Shown in pieces: positions 61,962 to 64,000 of a stretch of 64,000 bases of DNA. The position numbers were made by a program, and so were the translations under genes. The number at the start of each line of letters is the position of its first letter. Position 1 is the stretch's first letter. This stretch comes from an uncultured delta proteobacterium (lineage in GTDB: Bacteria; Myxococcota_A; Polyangia; Fen-1088): positions 32,001 through 96,000 of the forward strand of contig CAWCMR010000025.1 of NCBI GenBank assembly GCA_963796685.1, given 5' to 3'. The notes beneath the pieces are model-generated. The model ran no database searches, was not told the DNA's origin, and saw only the letters and a program-made list of their open reading frames with translations.

Positions 61962-63246
61962 CTAGTTGACCTGCTCGCAGTAACCGTGGCTGCAAATCTG
62001 CCCTGCCTGGCAGGTCAGCAGGTCCGTGCAGGCCACGCATCCCGGAATGCTGGTTTTGTTGGTGGCCAGAAATTCGTAACTGCAATAACAGGGTTGGGCT
62101 GGATAGTAGTGTTTGAATACTGGCAGATCGGAGTCCTTGGTCACCCTCATCGCGCACTGGGGAACCACCCCGCCGGATGCGTAAATTGCATTGATATCGA
62201 AAGGGAGCTGGAGCGATGGATCGACGGGATTCCCTTGAAACCAGTCGATGACCTCTTTGGCCGCAGGATTGGTTGGCACACCATTGGCGTCGACCGCGGC
62301 CACCAACCTCAGGGTGCCCTGCAGAGTGTACCGCCCCTCGATGATATTGATTTTGTCGGTGCTGGTCATGCTGGAATCGGGCCAGTAGGCAAGCGTCTGG
62401 TTCACGCCCCGCACCTTCAGGCCGCGCACCAAATTCCGGTCCAGGTCGTAGAATTCGGTCGACGTGTATCCGATCGTGCGATCGGGCGAGGTGGCAGAGC
62501 CGACATCTCTGACCATCTGCTCGGCGGTGATGGTGTTGTTGCAGCCCTGCCCAATCAAGGGCGACAGGGACGCAGCGTTGGGGAACCCGATTCCCCGCGC
62601 GAACAGCTCGCGCATGCCGCTATTCGTACAGTTGTAATCGTAAATAAGCGCGCTATTCGTGAAAGTCAGGATGCCGCCGCCGCCTCCGCACACATAAAGG
62701 TTCTGCAGCTCCTCGGCCATGATATCGTTGTAGTAGGTGTAGGAGCTGGCCACGATGGGCACCAGGCCCTGGACCGGGCCCGAAAACTCGGCAAAGCCGG
62801 CAGGCAGGGATACCGGAACGCCTGTCCCCTGGTATGATTTCGAGCAGCTCGAGAACCCCACATCATTGATCACCAGATCGGGAATCTGGCCGAGCGTCGA
62901 ATTGCACGTGGTGGAGATGACCTTGCCCGGCTGATTGGGGTCTTCGCTGTAGTGCGTGTACACGTCCCGCGAAAGGCCCCCCCCCCGCAGGCGGTGGGTA
63001 GGCGAGATTCCAGGCCGAGCTGCAGCCCTCGCTGTTCTCGTTCCACAGTAGGGTTACGCCGACCTTCGTCAACCGCGCCCCGAAAAGCCGGATGACCGGG
63101 ACGACCGCCGTCGTTCCGGCCATGTACACCGTATTCGTCAGGGTCGAGCAATCGGGAACGCTCCCCTGCGCCAGGACGAGTCGCCCGGGTGCGGTGGCGA
63201 TGGCCATGCAAAATCCAGTGATGCCGATGATCTTTGCGCGAGTCAT
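61962..63246 (-). CDS. Cys-rich PstS-like (PBP2 fold) substrate-binding protein (frameshift in the C-run at 62977-62986)
   Basis: VYMAGTTAV, SG..ELF, TIGYTS, INIIEGRYTL; signal peptide; RBS GGAGG. Confidence 0.65.
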
Positions 63247-63282
63247 GCGAGAGAGACCTCCGCTTGCCTTAGGCACGAACTG

Positions 63283-63312
63283 CCTATAGCAACGGCAGAA
63301 TTGCCCGGTCAA
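63283..63312 (-). promoter_or_regulatory. Sigma70-like promoter of the SBP/porin/TBDR cluster
   Basis: TTGACC-N18-TATAGG with TG extended -10. Confidence 0.45.
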
Positions 63313-63433
63313 CACAAATGGTCGGCGGTGCGCACCTGTAGCATATCCGTCACGATTCCGTTGCGTGCATACCCATGCGAAGAGGATTGCATTGGCTGTT
63401 CTTCCACCAGGACTGAAACGGTCCCCAAATAGG

Positions 63434-63466
63434 GAAAGGGGCGCCCATTTCTGGACGCCCCCTTTC
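63434..63466 (-). terminator. Rho-independent terminator-like hairpin
   Basis: GGGGCGTCCA-GAAA-TGGGCGCCCC followed by TTTCCCTATTT, downstream of the gene ending at 63511. Confidence 0.7.
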
Positions 63467-63510
63467 AATCTAGCTAGCCGCTTGGCCGGCTAGTCTTTCG
63501 ACCCGTTCAA

Positions 63511-64000
63511 CTAGGGAACGAGGCCAGCAACGTAGCCGCTGTTGGACGCGGCAGTGAGGGTGACGTGGCTCCCCGTGAGCGAGCCCAGCGTCATGGTGCC
63601 CGAGAAGTTGCCACCGAAGGTGACCTTGTTGCTCGCGGCGGTGGCTACCGTCAGGTAGGCGGCGTTCTGGTTTCCGCCCGAGTCGCCGTAGCTCTGCGCG
63701 CAGAGGATTGCGCCAGTGGCTCCGTTGAGCTGGACCGTGAAGGCATCGGTCGAGGTGTTGCCGTTCGAAACCAGGCCACTGAGCCCAGTGAGGGTCCCCG
63801 TGAAGGCGCCGCCCATGAACACGTCGCCACTCGACGACAGGGCCAACGACAGGGCAGCCTGATCGAAGCCGGCATCACCGAAGGTGAAGCCCCACAGCGC
63901 CGAGGTCAGGCTGGAGCTCAGCTTGACCACGAAGCCATCGGTCTTGCCACTAGAGTTGAGGGTGCCCACGGGAGCGCCGAAGTTGGCGTTGACGCCGACG
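63511..64000 (-). CDS. C-terminus of a beta-propeller (SBBP-like) repeat protein, partial
   Basis: Repeated DGFVVKL..W..FGD / GDVFMGGAFTG / DAFTVQL..SYGD. Confidence 0.75.
   Translation of the reverse strand, partial: VGVNANFGAPVGTLNSSGKTDGFVVKLSSSLTSALWGFTFGDAGFDQAALSLALSSSGDVFMGGAFTGTLTGLSGLVSNGNTSTDAFTVQLNGATGAILCAQSYGDSGGNQNAAYLTVATAASNKVTFGGNFSGTMTLGSLTGSHVTLTAASNSGYVAGLVP

Noticed and set aside
63434-63466. GAAA-tetraloop hairpin as an ncRNA
   Set aside because: Adequately explained as the terminator of the upstream gene

Overview
High-GC bacterial DNA, most consistent with a Myxococcota (Polyangia-like) genome: Gly-rich and Cys-rich lipoproteins, TPR/PEGA, FGE-sulfatase and RCC1-repeat proteins, and a TonB_C-fused TonB-dependent receptor. 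I recognise no rRNA, tRNA, CRISPR array or intact mobile element. The left edge holds a radical-SAM gene missing from the ORF track (<1..342, WEITLRCNMGCRHCGS, PlpX/splicease-like) coupled to a lipoprotein-like, Tyr-motif candidate precursor. The window then carries a decayed higB with intact higA, an M13 peptidase and ZIP transporter, and five ECF sigma factor modules. For three of these I can read candidate promoters as repeated motifs: an ECF42/YciI module (TGTCGG-N16-TCGTC, three copies), a Cys/His-rich anti-sigma module sharing a 40-bp element with a cupredoxin-cusCBA operon, and an OM-protein/ECF/anti-sigma/hydrolase module (GTGATCAAA-N13-GCCATA, two copies). A fourth ECF is membrane-tethered and its outer domain is a paralogue of the next gene. 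The fifth sits behind a sigma54 promoter with a degenerate nucleotidyltransferase. Also present are a LacI-sensor diguanylate cyclase, a Lol-like ABC operon, an OmpR-family regulator, a ~1400-aa Cys-repeat/RCC1 surface lipoprotein and a six-gene SBP/porin/TBDR cluster. About ten single-site frameshifts look like assembly indels rather than pseudogenisation. All family assignments come from motif recognition by eye; no database search was run.
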